DNA from: Octopus bimaculoides
Taxonomy: Eukaryota
Direction: 5' to 3'
NCBI RefSeq assembly: GCF_001194135.2
Contig: NC_068981.1
Location: 102,581,482 to 102,632,218 of the forward strand
DNA length: 50,737 nucleotides
The translations under genes and the position numbers were made by a program. This document shows, piece after piece, positions 35,100 through 48,070 of this stretch. Within the stretch, counting starts at the first letter, position 1. Each line of letters begins with the position of its first letter. The notes beneath the pieces are model-generated. The model did not search any database and was not told where the DNA came from. It saw only the letters and a list, made by a program, of their open reading frames with translations.

Positions 35100-36142
35100 T
35101 CACAAAAAGTGGGACATATTGGGATAAGTCCTAGGTATATTGGATAGTCTTTGACGATCTGCTGGAAGTCTTTTACTAATGGGCTCACGAGATCAGGGCT
35201 GACCTGGAGATAAATAACAAGGCAAATTTGGAAAGTTTGGTTTTATACATTCTACACTTGAGAAAAAGATGCGATGGTCACGAGTAGAATACCTTTCATT
35301 ATGGGTCTGTTTTGATCAAAGCTGACTTGGAACCAAACAACTACAGCAAGCGTAAGCCTCAATCTCGAAACATAAGCTTAAAGTTCTACTTGAAGCACAG
35401 ACAATTTTAATCCCTCTGTGTCGAGTAAATAAAATATTTGTGTTCTCGTAAAACATTTGTGATCTTGTAAAACATTTCAAGAAACCCAACAAGGAAACTC
35501 GGTTGCTAAATTTCCTACAAACTACAATTTATAGTCTTAAAAATGGAATGGAAACATAAAAAGCGAACCTAAAAAATCAAAGAAGAAAAATGAAAAGACA
35601 GGGTGATCGAGGCTAGAACGTCTCTAATTACGATGTTAAGCAATTATTATATTTCAGAATGGATAACTTGAATAACAATGAACATATAAATCTCTTTTGA
35701 ATATTTCTATAATCTCTTAAATGAAGTTGTCTCTGGAAGTTGAGCCGTTCCCATAAAATTTTCGCTATTGGGGGTCAATCTGAAGTATTTTACCAACATT
35801 TTCCATTCTTCTCAGTTTGGGGGTTCACGAATCCGTGACTAGGATTAAATATTGTTATGATTTCTATTGAAGCCTTTCATAAGGTATGATCATTAGGGTG
35901 ATGCCAACCTCTTTCCCAAGATATTGGTTGCTAGTATCTCACAAAGAGCTTTGTGTGGCCCCTCGATCTATTGCAAATAGCAGTCAAATCTCCCCTCAAA
36001 CCCCATTCTAAAAACTTAAAAATGGAAAGACAGATTGGATAGTTCTAGATGCACAATGATTGATAAAAAAAAAGTTATGGCTAAAGCAGCTGCGATAAAA
36101 GTTTGTAAGATCAGGACTGATCTGAGGTTAAACGACAACATC
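35100..36142 (+). repeat. three decayed family E copies (35100-35220, 35265-35345, 35945-36142)
   Basis: gatcagggctgacctggagataaataacaa-type tails and the aatagcagtcaaatctccc core. Confidence 0.55.
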
Positions 36143-36554
36143 AAGACTTCACACCAGACAAGCATTAACCCTATCTATAGATACCTTGATAGCATCCTTC
36201 AATAAGGACATAAACCTTATATGCGTATTTGCATTTCGAATGCAGAAACGTAATCTGATATAATTATTTTCCCTCAGCTTTATCGCTGATATTTCTAATC
36301 AACGCTACCACGTTCTTCTTGTTTCGATATAAACTGAACACACTAAATCTTACCAACTAAAGTGAATCTGCATCACTTAAGAAGTCTTATTAAAATCGAA
36401 ACAGTTGGCTTTGGAGACCAGATCCACTCTTTACTCGTTTGTTTTTATATGTTAAAAAAATCGGTAAGTTGTTATTATTGGACTTTGTATGTTGTTTATA
36501 GCTTTTCAATATACTTCGGTGAAATTTATGTCTAGTTTTATCAGTATTATATAT

Positions 36555-36569
36555 ATGTATGTATATATA

Positions 36570-36657
<88 letters not shown>

Positions 36658-36672
36658 TATATATACATACAT
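36555..36672. repeat. compound microsatellite palindrome
   Basis: 26-nt arm + (CA)15 + (TA)6 + (TG)12 + exact reverse complement of the 26-nt arm. Confidence 0.9.
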
Positions 36673-37605
36673 TTATATATATATACATACATTTTATTTA
36701 TTATATTTATCTTATGATATTTACTTTACTTTATATTATACTCATTTATTGTGCTTTTAATTATTAATTTTTCTATATGTGATAGTGGATTTTCATCGAT
36801 GAGTTCTTGAAAATTGGTTATTTTCCCTAAAACTATATATTTTATATATATATACATACATTTTATTTATTNNNNNNNNNNNNNNNNNNNNNNNNNNNNN
36901 NNNNNNNNNNNNNNNNNNNNNNNNNNNNNNNNNNNNNNNNNNNNNNNNNNNNNNNNNNNNNNNNNNNNNNNNNNNNNNNNNNNNNNNNNNNNNNNNNNNN
37001 NNNNNNNNNNNNNNNNNNNNNNNNNNNNNNNNNNNAACATGACTATCGCTTGCCAGGTGATCATGTTATCGATTACACTAGCAAAAACGCATACCAACAG
37101 GTTAAAGTGTTACTATTTTATCTCGAGCTAATATCATTTTACGATGAAAATTTGTGTTGTTAATTTATTCATAATTTTTATGAAGTAGGATTTTAAAAAA
37201 ATACAACGTTAAACACAAACGTATCCCTAAGTCAGTAATGCGCAACTATTTTACTTCTACTACGGGCTACAATATATCATCCGTGACCCACTCTAATATC
37301 GACTAAATAAAACTAAAAATCAATATTCATGCACAAATTTAATTCAAAATATACTTTAAAAAAAAAACGGAAAAAACTTATCCATATCGGAAGGCTGTAA
37401 ATATCAAATTACCGTAAAACTTTAACATGCACATTTTCTCACCAAAAGCAAAATTAAAATTAGGGATGTGTATAATACGATATTAGGCTGCACAGTTTTT
37501 CTCACTCACTGTTATTAAGAAAAAATAATAATAAGGTAGTACAGCCTTATTACTTTTTAAGATTAATATTTATGCATGAGTTTATTTTACATAAAATGAA
37601 ATACT

Positions 37606-37822
37606 GGTTACAAATTTTGGCACAAGGTTAGAAAGTTCGAGGAAGGAGGTAAATCGATTTCATCGATCCTAGTGCTCAACTTGTACTTATTCTATCGACC
37701 CTGAAAGTGATGAATGGCAAAGTCGACCTCGGTGAAATTTGAACGAAGAACGTAAGGACAGACGAAATATTGCTAAACATTTTGCCCGACTTGCTAACGA
37801 TTCTACTAGATTGTCACCTTCA
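37606..37822 (-). mobile_element. SINE family A
   Basis: Colinear with 7915-8127. Confidence 0.85.
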
Positions 37823-37874
37823 TAAAATGTAATATTTAAATTAATGCTAGTTTACAGTAGATTAGATTTTAGCC

Positions 37875-38291
37875 GTGGAGGCGCAATGGCCCAGTAGTTA
37901 GGGCAGCGGACTCGCGGTTTCGATTCCCAGACCGGGCGTTGTGAGTGTTTATTGAGCGAAAAACACCTAAAGATCCATNNNNNNNNNNTTGTGAGTGTTT
38001 ATTGAGCGAAAAACACCTAAAGATCCATAAGGCTCCGGCAGGGGATGGTGGCGAACCCTGCTGTACTCTTTCACTTCAACTTTCTCTCACTCTTACTTCC
38101 TGATTCTGTAGTACCTGTATTTCAAAGGGCCAGCCTTGTCACACTGTGTCACGCTGAATATCCTCGAGAACTACGTTAAGGGTACACGTGTCTGTGGAGT
38201 GCTCAATCACTTGCACGTTAATTTCACGAGCAGGCTGTTCCGTTAGAATCGGATCAATTGGAACCCTCGACGTCGTAAGCGACGGAGTGCC
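37875..38291 (+). mobile_element. SINE family C (contains a 10-N gap with an overlap duplication)
   Basis: gtggaggcgcaatggcccag head to gacggagtgcca tail; small deletion in the head relative to the 8978 copy. Confidence 0.9.
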
Positions 38292-39254
38292 AACAAAACA
38301 AACAAAGATTTTAGCCACACTAGTAGCAGCTGTGCAATGCTGCATGCTATACATGGTATTTTACTTTTTTAAGCCCTTTGCTTCCCATTGAGCTTCGGCC
38401 ATCGACTTTTCTCTGTTGTTCATCAAAGACCCTGTACCTCTCCAGGTCTTGTTCGTTTTGAATTGCCATTGATGTTTCTATACCTTCACATATTTCTAGG
38501 TAGGGATGTTTGCCCCTCGCAAACTCATTTTTACCTCTGGGAAGAAGAGGGCCATGTTAGACTGGGCCCTATACTTTGACTTGTCCAATACGAGAGGACG
38601 GCTCCACCACGAACGTTCGGCCATTGGTTTAGCTCTCAAGGTCACTGAGGTACAAAAGTCACATCTCATCAAGGATTTGACCGTGTAGTGGAGATGACAT
38701 TATAGGCCTATAAGATAAATTACCCCCTCCCAAAATCGAGATGCATAGCGAAACAGAGTAGAGTATTATACACGAAGTTTTACGATAAATATATAAAGAA
38801 AAAGTAAATGGCGTGATCGGGAAAATTTCATAATCAAATATACATACAACTTCTTCCCAAATATGCAAATGTTTTTGAGCGATTAAAATATTTTTGTGTG
38901 AATCACTTCTAGGTTATATGGTTCATCTTGTGCATCACTCCTCTAAACAATAATGTTGTTTCACATTGAATGCGTAATTAGCGGGCAACGCCATTTTTTA
39001 TTTCTAATTTCTGTTAATCTTCCTCAAATCAATCTATCATGTCTCCAGATTCATCTTTAATTTAATTCGTGCCAGCCAATAGCATTTCCGTTATTCCACT
39101 GTCTTCAGTATCTCTAATCAACGAATGACAAAATTAAAAATTTATGTAATTCTCTCGCATTCATCTTGGAATTTAATGCAATTTAAAAAAAAAAACTGCA
39201 ACTATTACGTCGCCAGTATTTTGGTCTGTCTTGGTGACGAATCAGCGATGAAAA

Positions 39255-39760
39255 TTCGAAGTGGTACTTCAACTTGCTAGAAATAATAACCAAATCTTCC
39301 TTAAATCACACTGCTGTCTTAAAATGGTCACATTTGGCAATGTGGTCCTTGGTTCTCTGTACATATAAACGTTTTAAAAAACGCGATGATAACGACTAGA
39401 AAGCCTTTGATCATAAATCTGATGGATAAGTGTTGACGTGGGTTTAAACAGCAACAGCCATCTTGATGACGAACCAACGATGGAATCTCTATGCGGTCAC
39501 TTGACATGCAAGAAATAGCAGCTAATTTTACCTAATTTACACGCGAGCGTCTTAAACGAAGAACATATTGAATATTTAAGTCTGGTATCTAGCATTCATC
39601 CAACGGGGATGAATAACAGCCAAGACTTCGACTGCAAGGCACTTCAACTGGTCAATCGGTTGTGTTGGGGAACAGAATACTGTGTGAGAAAAGAAGACAG
39701 AACGATCATGGCCGGAATGAATATCTTGGGTCATAAATCTTCTCGATTAGAGATTGCGCA
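39255..39760 (+). repeat. decayed family E copies
   Basis: gctagaaataataaccaaatcttcc..gcctttgatcat..taaacagcaacagc; gcggtcacttgacatgcaagaaatagcagc. Confidence 0.5.
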
Positions 39761-39779
39761 GAGAAAATACAAAAAGTAA

Positions 39780-40770
39780 TCTACATTATAAGAGCTGTTT
39801 CTCTGTCCGTCCGGCAGTCCGTCTCTCCGTCCGCCAAATGCTCAGAACCAAGATTATTTCATTTTAAAAAATCTCTTTAATCAGAAAGGAAGGCGATGCC
39901 CACAATACCACTACTTGGCACCTCGGGTAGTGGTCTTAGACCAAGCAGCAAATTAAGTCAACCACTCAAGTAAGCTCTGGTGGGATTTGGGACTCGAAAA
40001 CAGAAAGACGGAACAGCTACAGCAAAACATACGGTTCGTCACTCTTTTACTTCTTCCAATTCACCGCCTTGTATAGGTATTTTTTTTTTATTGATCTCCA
40101 CAAGATGAAATGTAGAAAAATTTCCTTGACAGGATTTAAACTCAGAACGCAGAGATACGGAACAAATTCTGTGTTGCATTTTGTTCGACGCATTAACCAC
40201 CAAGCCAATTCTATAGATACGAAATAAAAGACAGTCGATTCGGTATTGGATGCATGCATGAAAAGGTCTTCCATTTGCCGTCAATGCGAATTTTTTCATG
40301 TCCAGACAAAAATGGAAGTTCTCAAATGTTCGAACAACAATGATTTTGCGGCATTTAATAGGCAACCCACTATGCAGACTTGTTTCTGGAACTGGCAAAG
40401 GAAGAATTCCAAATATTGCCAATACAGACACAATTTCTTCAGACGTTTCTGCAGTTTCCTATAAGGTATATCGATGAACAACAGACAAGGACAAAGGTTA
40501 AAGAGAAGCGGATTGAATCTTTCAATTTCAGTGGTCGTTAGCATCTGGTGAAGAATTAGCTCAGTAGCCAGAAACAAACTAACTCAGGAGTCGGAAGATG
40601 CAATAATCACACAGACTAATTTATGTTACCATCAAGTTGAGTGGACGAACCAGGAAACCTGAGGATATTTGCAGATCAAAGAGAATTCGGCCGCACAGAT
40701 AACAAGACATCGTAATGATGAAAACATAACTTTGTTTACTATGAATGTTGTTTACAGAGAAATCATCTAA
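39780..40770 (+). mobile_element. internally deleted Helitron: 5' TC end plus PIF1-like helicase C-terminal remnant, with decayed SINE pieces at 39930-40210
   Basis: A|TCTACATTATAAGAG..tgtccgtccg 5' signature; LVSGTGKG/RIP, LQFPIR, QGQRLK..GLNL, IYVT, EPGNLRIF, TMNVVYREII* (stop at 40768-40770). Confidence 0.75.
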
Positions 40771-40892
40771 ATAAATGTAAATATTGTAGAATCTATATAT
40801 TGAGTTGTAGAATATGAAGCAAGATATTGTCAAAATAAACGCTTTTACTTAAAAGACCATTTACTTAGCGTTCACTGAGAAATTCTTTTATT

Positions 40893-41280
40893 TTCTTATT
40901 CTTTTACTTGTTTCAGTCATCTGACTGCGGCCATGCTGGAGTCGAAGAAATCGATCCCCAGGACATATTCTTTGTAAGCCTGGTACTTATTCTATCGGTC
41001 TCTTAAGCCGAACCGCTAAGTTATGGGGACCTAAACACACCAACATTGGTTGTCAAGTGATGGTAGTGGGGGGGGGACGCAAACAGACACAGAGACACAC
41101 ACATAAATACACACGCACACACACAGATATACGACGGGCTTCTTTTCAGTTTCCGTCTACCAAATCCACTCACAAGACTTTGGTCTGCCCGAGGCTATAT
41201 AAAAAGACACTTGCCCAAGGTGCCATGCAGTGGGACTGAACCCGGAACTATGTGGTTGGAAAGCATGCTTCTTACCACAC
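40893..41280 (-). mobile_element. SINE family B, head runs into a gap
   Basis: Colinear with the other B copies. Confidence 0.9.
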
Positions 41281-41731
41281 NNNNNNNNNNNNNNNNNNNN
41301 NNNNNNNNNNNNNNNNNNNNNNNNNNNNNNNNNNNNNNNNNNNNNNNNNNNNNNNNNNNNNNNNNNNNNNNNNNNNNNNNNNNNNNNNNNNNNNNNNNNN
41401 NNNNNNNNNNNNNNNNNNNNNNNNNNNNNNNNNNNNNNNNNNNNNNNNNNNNNNNNNNNNNNNNNNNNNNNNNNNNNNNNNNNNNNNNNNNNNNNNNNNN
41501 NNNNNNNNNNNNNNNNNNNNNNNNNNNNNNNNNNNNNNNNNNNNNNNNNNNNNNNNNNNNNNNNNNNNNNNNNNNNNNNNNNNNNNNNNNNNNNNNNNNN
41601 NNNNNNNNNNNNNNNNNNNNNNNNNNNNNNNNNNNNNNNNNNNNNNNNNNNNNNNNNNNNNNNNNNNNNNNNNNNNNNNNNNNNNNNNNNNNNNNNNNNN
41701 NNNNNNNNNNNNNNNNNNNNNNNNNNNNNNN

Positions 41732-42005
41732 TTCATTCCCAGAAAAATATTTTACCTATAAAATTTATAATACTCGTGAATAAATGGCAATAAAACGACA
41801 GTAGAAAGTAAAGAATATTTTGTGTAAAGTAAAAACAATGTCAAGATCATGTATAACAAAAAAATATTATTATAATCGTTTTCTGAATAACTTTCACTCG
41901 CACTAAACTCGCGTACACCATCACTTGTAGACGCGACCGCCGATTCACAAGCACTCGTAGAAAGATTTATAGATTTCTTTTTAAAAAACAAATTTAGAGT
42001 TATAA
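41732..42005 (-). mobile_element. partial copy of the Tigger-like element at 14335
   Basis: Reverse complement matches ~14510-14780 (aaaaagaaatc..caagtgatggtgt.cgcgagt.tagtgcgagt..tcagaaaacgat). Confidence 0.8.
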
Positions 42006-42269
42006 TAAATCTGTGAGCGAGACGTAAACAGTAGCAGCACAGAATCGTGAAGTATATTTGCCACCTAAATGTGGCGGACCCATAGGGAACGATGCTACTA
42101 TTGTTTATAGCTCCAGGAAGGCATCTCTTCCAGCTAGCTAACGACATACTGAGTCCGATTAGTATTTGCGAAGGGAAATCATCGTTCTCATCTCTAGCCT
42201 TACGCGGTACACACAGACCTGGATTTCTGGATAGTAACCCGTCATCACCGTGTGACAATCACCAATTTC

Positions 42270-44474
42270 TTTATTATGATAATATATATCTATTACAAAG
42301 AAGGACAATACAGGACGTTACAAGCATATAGATGAGCTAAGTGAGTTTATAATTAAAAATTGGATGAATCATATATATAAATTAAAAATTTACACAAACT
42401 TATTTTCACAAAAAATGGCTCAAGAGTCAGCACATACAGAAACGGAGAAGGGGGCACCCTTGCCGAACCGAGCGCTTGATCTCAAACGGCTCCGACAGGT
42501 AACCGTTTATTTGGACTGTGGATTTGATGCCGCCATAAATGGTCTTGATCCAACCGCGAAAGTCCGAGCCTAGCCCAGCCGCCTCAAGGACTGCCGCCAG
42601 GTACTGATGGTCTACCCTATCGAAAACTTTACTTTGGTCTGAATGGACCAATGTCCCACCTTTACCGGATACTTTACCCACCCTGTCTAAGGTGTAGTGT
42701 AAGAGATGAAGATTGTCCTCGATTGACCTGCCTGGGATGGTGCATATCTTCACCTTCCCTACAGGTTTCTCCACGNNNNNNNNNNNNNNNNNNNNNNNNN
42801 NNNNNNNNNNNNNNNNNNNNNNNNNNNNNNNNNNNNNNNNNNNNNNNNNNNNNNNNNNNNNNNNNNNNNNNNNNNNNNNNNNNNNNNNNNNNNNNNNNNN
42901 NNNNNNNNNNNNNNNNNNNNNNNNNNNNNNNNNNNNNNNNNNNNNNNNNNNNNNNNNNNNNNNNNNNNNNNNNNNNNNNNNNNNNNNNNNNNNNNNNNNN
43001 NNNNNNNNNNNNNNNNNNNNNNNNNNNNNNNNNNNNNNNNNNNNNNNNNNNNNNNNNNNNNNNNNNNNNNNNNNNNNNNNNNNNNNNNNNNNNNNNNNNN
43101 NNNNNNNNNNNNNNNNNNNNNNNNNNNNNNNNNNNNNNNNNNNNNNNNNNNNNNNNNNNNNNNNNNNNNNNNNNNNNNNNNNNNNNNNNNNNNNNNNNNN
43201 NNNNNNNNNNAAGCCTTTTGCATCTCCTCCTGTCCTTTGATCTACGCCCCTACTCGTCAATCAAAGACTTTATAGAGGCTTCTCTACCTCTCCGACTCTC
43301 CACGCGACGTGCCCATCCGGCAACGTTAATACCTTCTCTACCCACCGCACGTAACTTAGCCCTGACTCTACACCCTTCGTGTTTGACTTTGAGATGACGG
43401 AAAAAACCGCTCTCGCCGCCATCACTCTGGATGAAGAGCCAGATTCCATGGCCTCCTCTAATTCCTTAATTAGATTCCCTTCTACTCTAGTCTTCTCTGA
43501 ACTTAGCTGTTTACTAAATCTAAGAGACTCAGAACGAATGGCTCGCTTGAGGGCGCACTACCATCTATTATTAATGATGGCGCCACATAATGCCTCCTGC
43601 ACTAACTCCTTAACCCGGGCACGGAAGACTTTACAAGTCAAAATAAACTTCCCTGGGCCCTGTCTATGACAACTAGGTACACCTCACACGTCACAAATTT
43701 GTGATTCGTGTAAGGGACACAACGAAAGCGTGGACAACTAAGCGTATTCCTATCTCTATCAAATATCCTATTAAAATAAGATCTGTGTGAACCATCGTTA
43801 TTAGTCCACGTCCTCTGTGGAACGAGCGACTCATCCAGCCTATATCGGTCTACTAGGTTATAACTTGCTAGTAGCCTTTTTAGGCCAGGATTTCCTCTTC
43901 TATCGGTCGAGCCAACACTATCTACCCATGCGTCGAGAATAGTGCTAAAGTCTCCTACTAAAACTAGAGTTTTAGACGTCACCCGAAAGCTCTCCAGGTC
44001 TCGATAAAAACCAGCTTGTCTACACTCTTTAGGAGCGTAGACCGCTACCAACTTGAAGGACTGCTTACTTGCGTGTGTCACATCTAGGACGACCAGCTTA
44101 CCTTCTGAGTCCAGAAAGACTGTACTTACCTATACGTCCAAGCTTTTTCTGAACAATACCACCACTCACCCTCCTCCCCGTCGACTAGGAGAAATAAATT
44201 TCTCATAGCCATTTAGAAGAGGCGAGGATGCCTGTGACACGTTCAACTTGGACTCAGTCGCAACACATATATCAATTTCTAGTGACCTGAGGTCGTCCAG
44301 GAGACAAGTTTGCTTCCATTTCGACCCCAGGCCACGAACATTTATACAACCTAACTTAATTTCCACGGTAAAAATAAAGAAACTTACATTTTAAGTATGG
44401 GGAGGGGTTGCGCGAATTCGCCAGCCTCCCCTTCTTTTTCTTTCTGAGGTGTTGTTTCTTTCGTTGTTCAAAAA
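42270..44474 (-). mobile_element. L1/Tx1-clade LINE remnant: probable ORF1 tail, ORF2 APE endonuclease and partial RT (42410-44366), AT-rich 3' region
   Basis: EIKLGCINVRGL..ATESK..LVAVYAP..LVGDFSTILD..TWTN..NHKFV; IPGRSIEDNLHLL..DQSKVFDRVDH..SVRQGCPL..YVLTLEP; stops and frameshifts; N gap inside. Confidence 0.88.
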
Positions 44475-44862
44475 NNNNNNNNNNNNNNNNNNNNNNNNNN
44501 NNNNNNNNNNNNNNNNNNNNNNNNNNNNNNNNNNNNNNNNNNNNNNNNNNNNNNNNNNNNNNNNNNNNNNNNNNNNNNNNNNNNNNNNNNNNNNNNNNNN
44601 NNNNNNNNNNNNNNNNNNNNNNNNNNNNNNNNNNNNNNNNNNNNNNNNNNNNNNNNNNNNNNNNNNNNNNNNNNNNNNNNNNNNNNNNNNNNNNNNNNNN
44701 NNNNNNNNNNNNNNNNNNNNNNNNNNNNNNNNNNNNNNNNNNNNNNNNNNNNNNNNNNNNNNNNNNNNNNNNNNNNNNNNNNNNNNNNNNNNNNNNNNNN
44801 NNNNNNNNNNNNNNNNNNNNNNNNNNNNNNNNNNNNNNNNNNNNNNNNNNNNNNCTAAGGCT

Positions 44863-45088
44863 GCTAAGGCTAGGAGCTGGCAAAATCGTTAGCACGCCGG
44901 GCAAAGTACTTAGCAGCATTTCGTCCGTTCTTTTGTCCTGCGTTCAAATTCCGCAGAGGTCGACTTTACCTTTCATTCTTTCAGGGTCGATAGAATAAGC
45001 ATCACTTGAGTACTTAGGTTAAAGTAATCGACCTACACTCCCTCCCCTGAAATTACTGGCCTCGTGCCAAAATTTGAAAGCAATATTT
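44863..45088 (+). mobile_element. SINE family A
   Basis: gagctggcaaaatcgttagcacgccggg..gtgccaaaatttgaaagc. Confidence 0.88.
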
Positions 45089-45543
45089 CTGGCCGCTCCC
45101 GCCGGGTTTTCTGATTTAGTTTTACCTCTTGATGCAGTGCATATGTTTCTCGGACATTGCTTTTTCTGATTTAACAAGGTTTCTCTTTTTTTCTTTTTCC
45201 TGGATTTGTATTCAAAACGTTTCTTCTCTGGACCAGATGGTCTGATACAGCAACATTTAAATACAGCTACGAGTTCGTTTACTCGAATGTTTCTTTGAAC
45301 AACAGATATTAATTCTACTATCTATCTCACGTTTGTAATTGTGTTTTCGTAGGAAAACTTCCAGTTTGCAAATGCTAATACGTATAGCTAGACGAGTGCT
45401 GTTACCTTAAAGTAAACTTTTCATGAAAAAAGCAGTGGCTGACGGCGGTTTCGGTGGCTAACCAAATCAGCTCCCATCGAAGCAAAATTGTTGACAACGA
45501 CGTTATAGCTTTGACTATCGGGTCTTATGTTTTTTCTGATGTA

Positions 45544-45683
45544 CAGGGTGTCCACAAGGTCTGGGTACATGGAGTAAATAAAATCATAACATAAACAATT
45601 AAATATAAGAAATAATAATTTCTTAAAGTATGTGTTAATCCCCATGTACCCAGACTTTGTACCCAGACTTTGTGGACACCCTG
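45544..45683. mobile_element. Tc1/mariner MITE, 140 bp, TA TSD
   Basis: TA|CAGGGTGTCCACAAGGTCTGGGTACATGG ... CCATGTACCCAGACTT(TGTACCCAGACTT)TGTGGACACCCTG|TA. Confidence 0.92.
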
Positions 45684-46598
45684 TAGTGTCTCTATTTTGA
45701 TATCCCAATTGAAGGATATTTGACTGCTATTGCTAACAGGCCGAAGAAATTCGTAGCAAAAATGCTGTTCGAACGAGTAAACCAAAAACTAAAGATGTTC
45801 CAGCTATCACCATACTGTATTTTCCTATGACTAGCTTTCAGTTTTTTGTAAGGTGCAACTGTATGATACGAGAGAGATTTAGCTGCTATTTGTAGCAGGT
45901 TGAGGTACTACATAGAAGTTTCATCGCTGGCAAATTGTTATCATATCTACAGTCAAATGACATATACAACTTTGCTATGTGGTTAGAAATTTCTCAGTCG
46001 AATTGACCTTTTTTAAGCCCGTCACTATCATAATCGTCCCATTGTAGTAGCAGACGGCCACAACACTCTTCCACCTAATTAATTGTGGCATCATAGTCGA
46101 GTGACTGGCCTTGACTATCGGTAAAATTTGATTTCTTAGGTGGAATTTGGACTGAAAACGCTATGATCCGGACAGATTTCAGAAGATAATCCACTGCTTT
46201 CGATTGGTTCTCGATTTATCGGCTACGAAAGATTGAAAGCTAAAATTGACCCCAGCGGAATTTGAATATAGCTCGAGGAGAACCGGGACAGCAAGCGAAA
46301 GTGATTGATCTGACGCAGCAAAACTGCAAGGGTAAAGATATTGGAACAAGGAAAACGACAAAAATTTACCTTCAAGAACATTAAAGAAATTTCAAAACAA
46401 GCGCAGTATTGAAAACTCCAGTAAGTGTTGAGGTTCATTTAAAATTCATTTTACCACAAGTTGATGCTGCGCTCTACGTCATTAAAAAATTCCTCCATGG
46501 TCTTCCAATCATTCACGTAGTCTAGAATAGGGTTTTGTCCTAAGGATGTTTTATCCGGACCCCGGCTTTAACGTAATTATCTGGCAGAAATGACAGAA

Positions 46599-46800
46599 TC
46601 AGTGTTACATAGTGTGTGGAAAGGCTGTACCTTTTGAACTATAAGTACAATCCACCCGGTGGACTTCTATACAGTTTCCACTCTACTCAATTTTCCCTCA
46701 CAGGTTGAGCTGACACTGTAAAACTGGTATCTACTAAAGATGCTATGCTGTAGTATTGAACCTGTGATCTCTTTGTTGTGACGCAAACTCCTTAACAGTT
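46599..46800 (-). mobile_element. decayed chimeric SINE: family B-like core with the start of a family C tail
   Basis: cagtgttacatagtgtgtggaaaggctgtaccttttgaactataagtac aligns to the C tail; ggacttctatacagtttcc..ctcacagg aligns to the B core. Confidence 0.55.
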
Positions 46801-46850
46801 GGGGCCAAGCTTCGTCTATTGATGAATCTAGAACCAATAAATTCAATAAT

Positions 46851-47062
46851 TTCTGTTATAAATACAAAGCCTGAAATTTATGGAGAAGGGGCGAGTCAAT
46901 TACATCTACCCAGTACTGAACTAGTACTTGTTTTCTGAACCCCAAACGGATGAAAGGCAAAATCGACAGCGGAGGAATTTGAACTCAGAACTTAAAGACG
47001 GTCGAAATATCGTTAAAGATTTTGTCCGGCGTGATAATAATTCTGACAGCTAGCCGCCTTAG
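46851..47062 (-). mobile_element. SINE family A
   Basis: ggatgaaaggcaaaatcgac..ggaatttgaactcagaac..cagctagccgcctt. Confidence 0.85.
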
Positions 47063-47472
47063 AATCAGTAATAATAATGCAAAAATTGATTGTTCCTTAT
47101 TCTTAGTTCAAATATATAGATTGACGGTGGGGGGTAGTGAATGAAAGAACTGGTAAAACACTGATACAATGTGTTGCAACATATATCGATATTTTGAGCT
47201 GCCTTTTCCTTTTTAGGATGAATATAAAAAGTACAGTCAAAGAAGGTACAATGAAATGCTAATCGATTTATCTATCCAGCAGCTATATTGCAAAAATAAA
47301 TAGATAGATAAATGAATAAATAAATAAATAAATAACTATATGAATAAAAATTCCAAGGGACATAACTTAAGGAAAATATTAAAAGTTGCTCCCCTTGAAC
47401 ACTACTAATTTCATTTGTTCATTTTTTAAAAAAACTTTTCCCATTGAAAGAAAAGCGCGATACAAAACAAGT

Positions 47473-47507
47473 CATCACCGCCACCATCACCACCATCACC
47501 TCACCAC

Positions 47508-47541
<34 letters not shown>

Positions 47542-47612
47542 TTCGAGTTCATCGCTGTTGTTTTGTAGCCCAGTTCAGTCTTATTGAAGAGAAAGTATTT
47601 TCATGGTTTCAG

Positions 47613-47682
<70 letters not shown>
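47473..47682. repeat. (CAC/CAT)n trinucleotide tract and (CA)n
   Basis: Direct reading. Confidence 0.9.
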
Positions 47683-47684
<2 letters not shown>

Positions 47685-48070
47685 ATGAATAAATGAAAAA
47701 TATATATGCACGTCCCCACCAATTTTCAAGATACTAATGTGGGATTTGTGGTAATTTCGCAGCTGTTTCTAACATGCTTAGTGACCACATATGGCCTTAC
47801 TTTGTTGGCTCATGTTCGTTGCTGTTGATTCTGTTTCGGTTGCTGAACCCTAAGTTAAATGTGATTGGACAGATCAATGTTAATCCTGATTTTATAGTGG
47901 TAGCAGAACTACCTTATTCAACGTTTCTTTCCTTTCCTCTGACTTCAGGATATAAATAAAAGATTTCAACAAGTCCGCTCAGAGGACATTGATATCGTCA
48001 TCATCGCTGTTTGATATTGTTGCAGTTGTTGTAACAAAGTGCACCTCGAAATTACTATAGTATTGGTATA

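Noticed and set aside
37929-38028. Apparent tandem duplications around 10-N gaps (also at 3012-3090)
   Set aside because: Identical sequence on both sides of a nominal-size gap indicates an unmerged contig overlap
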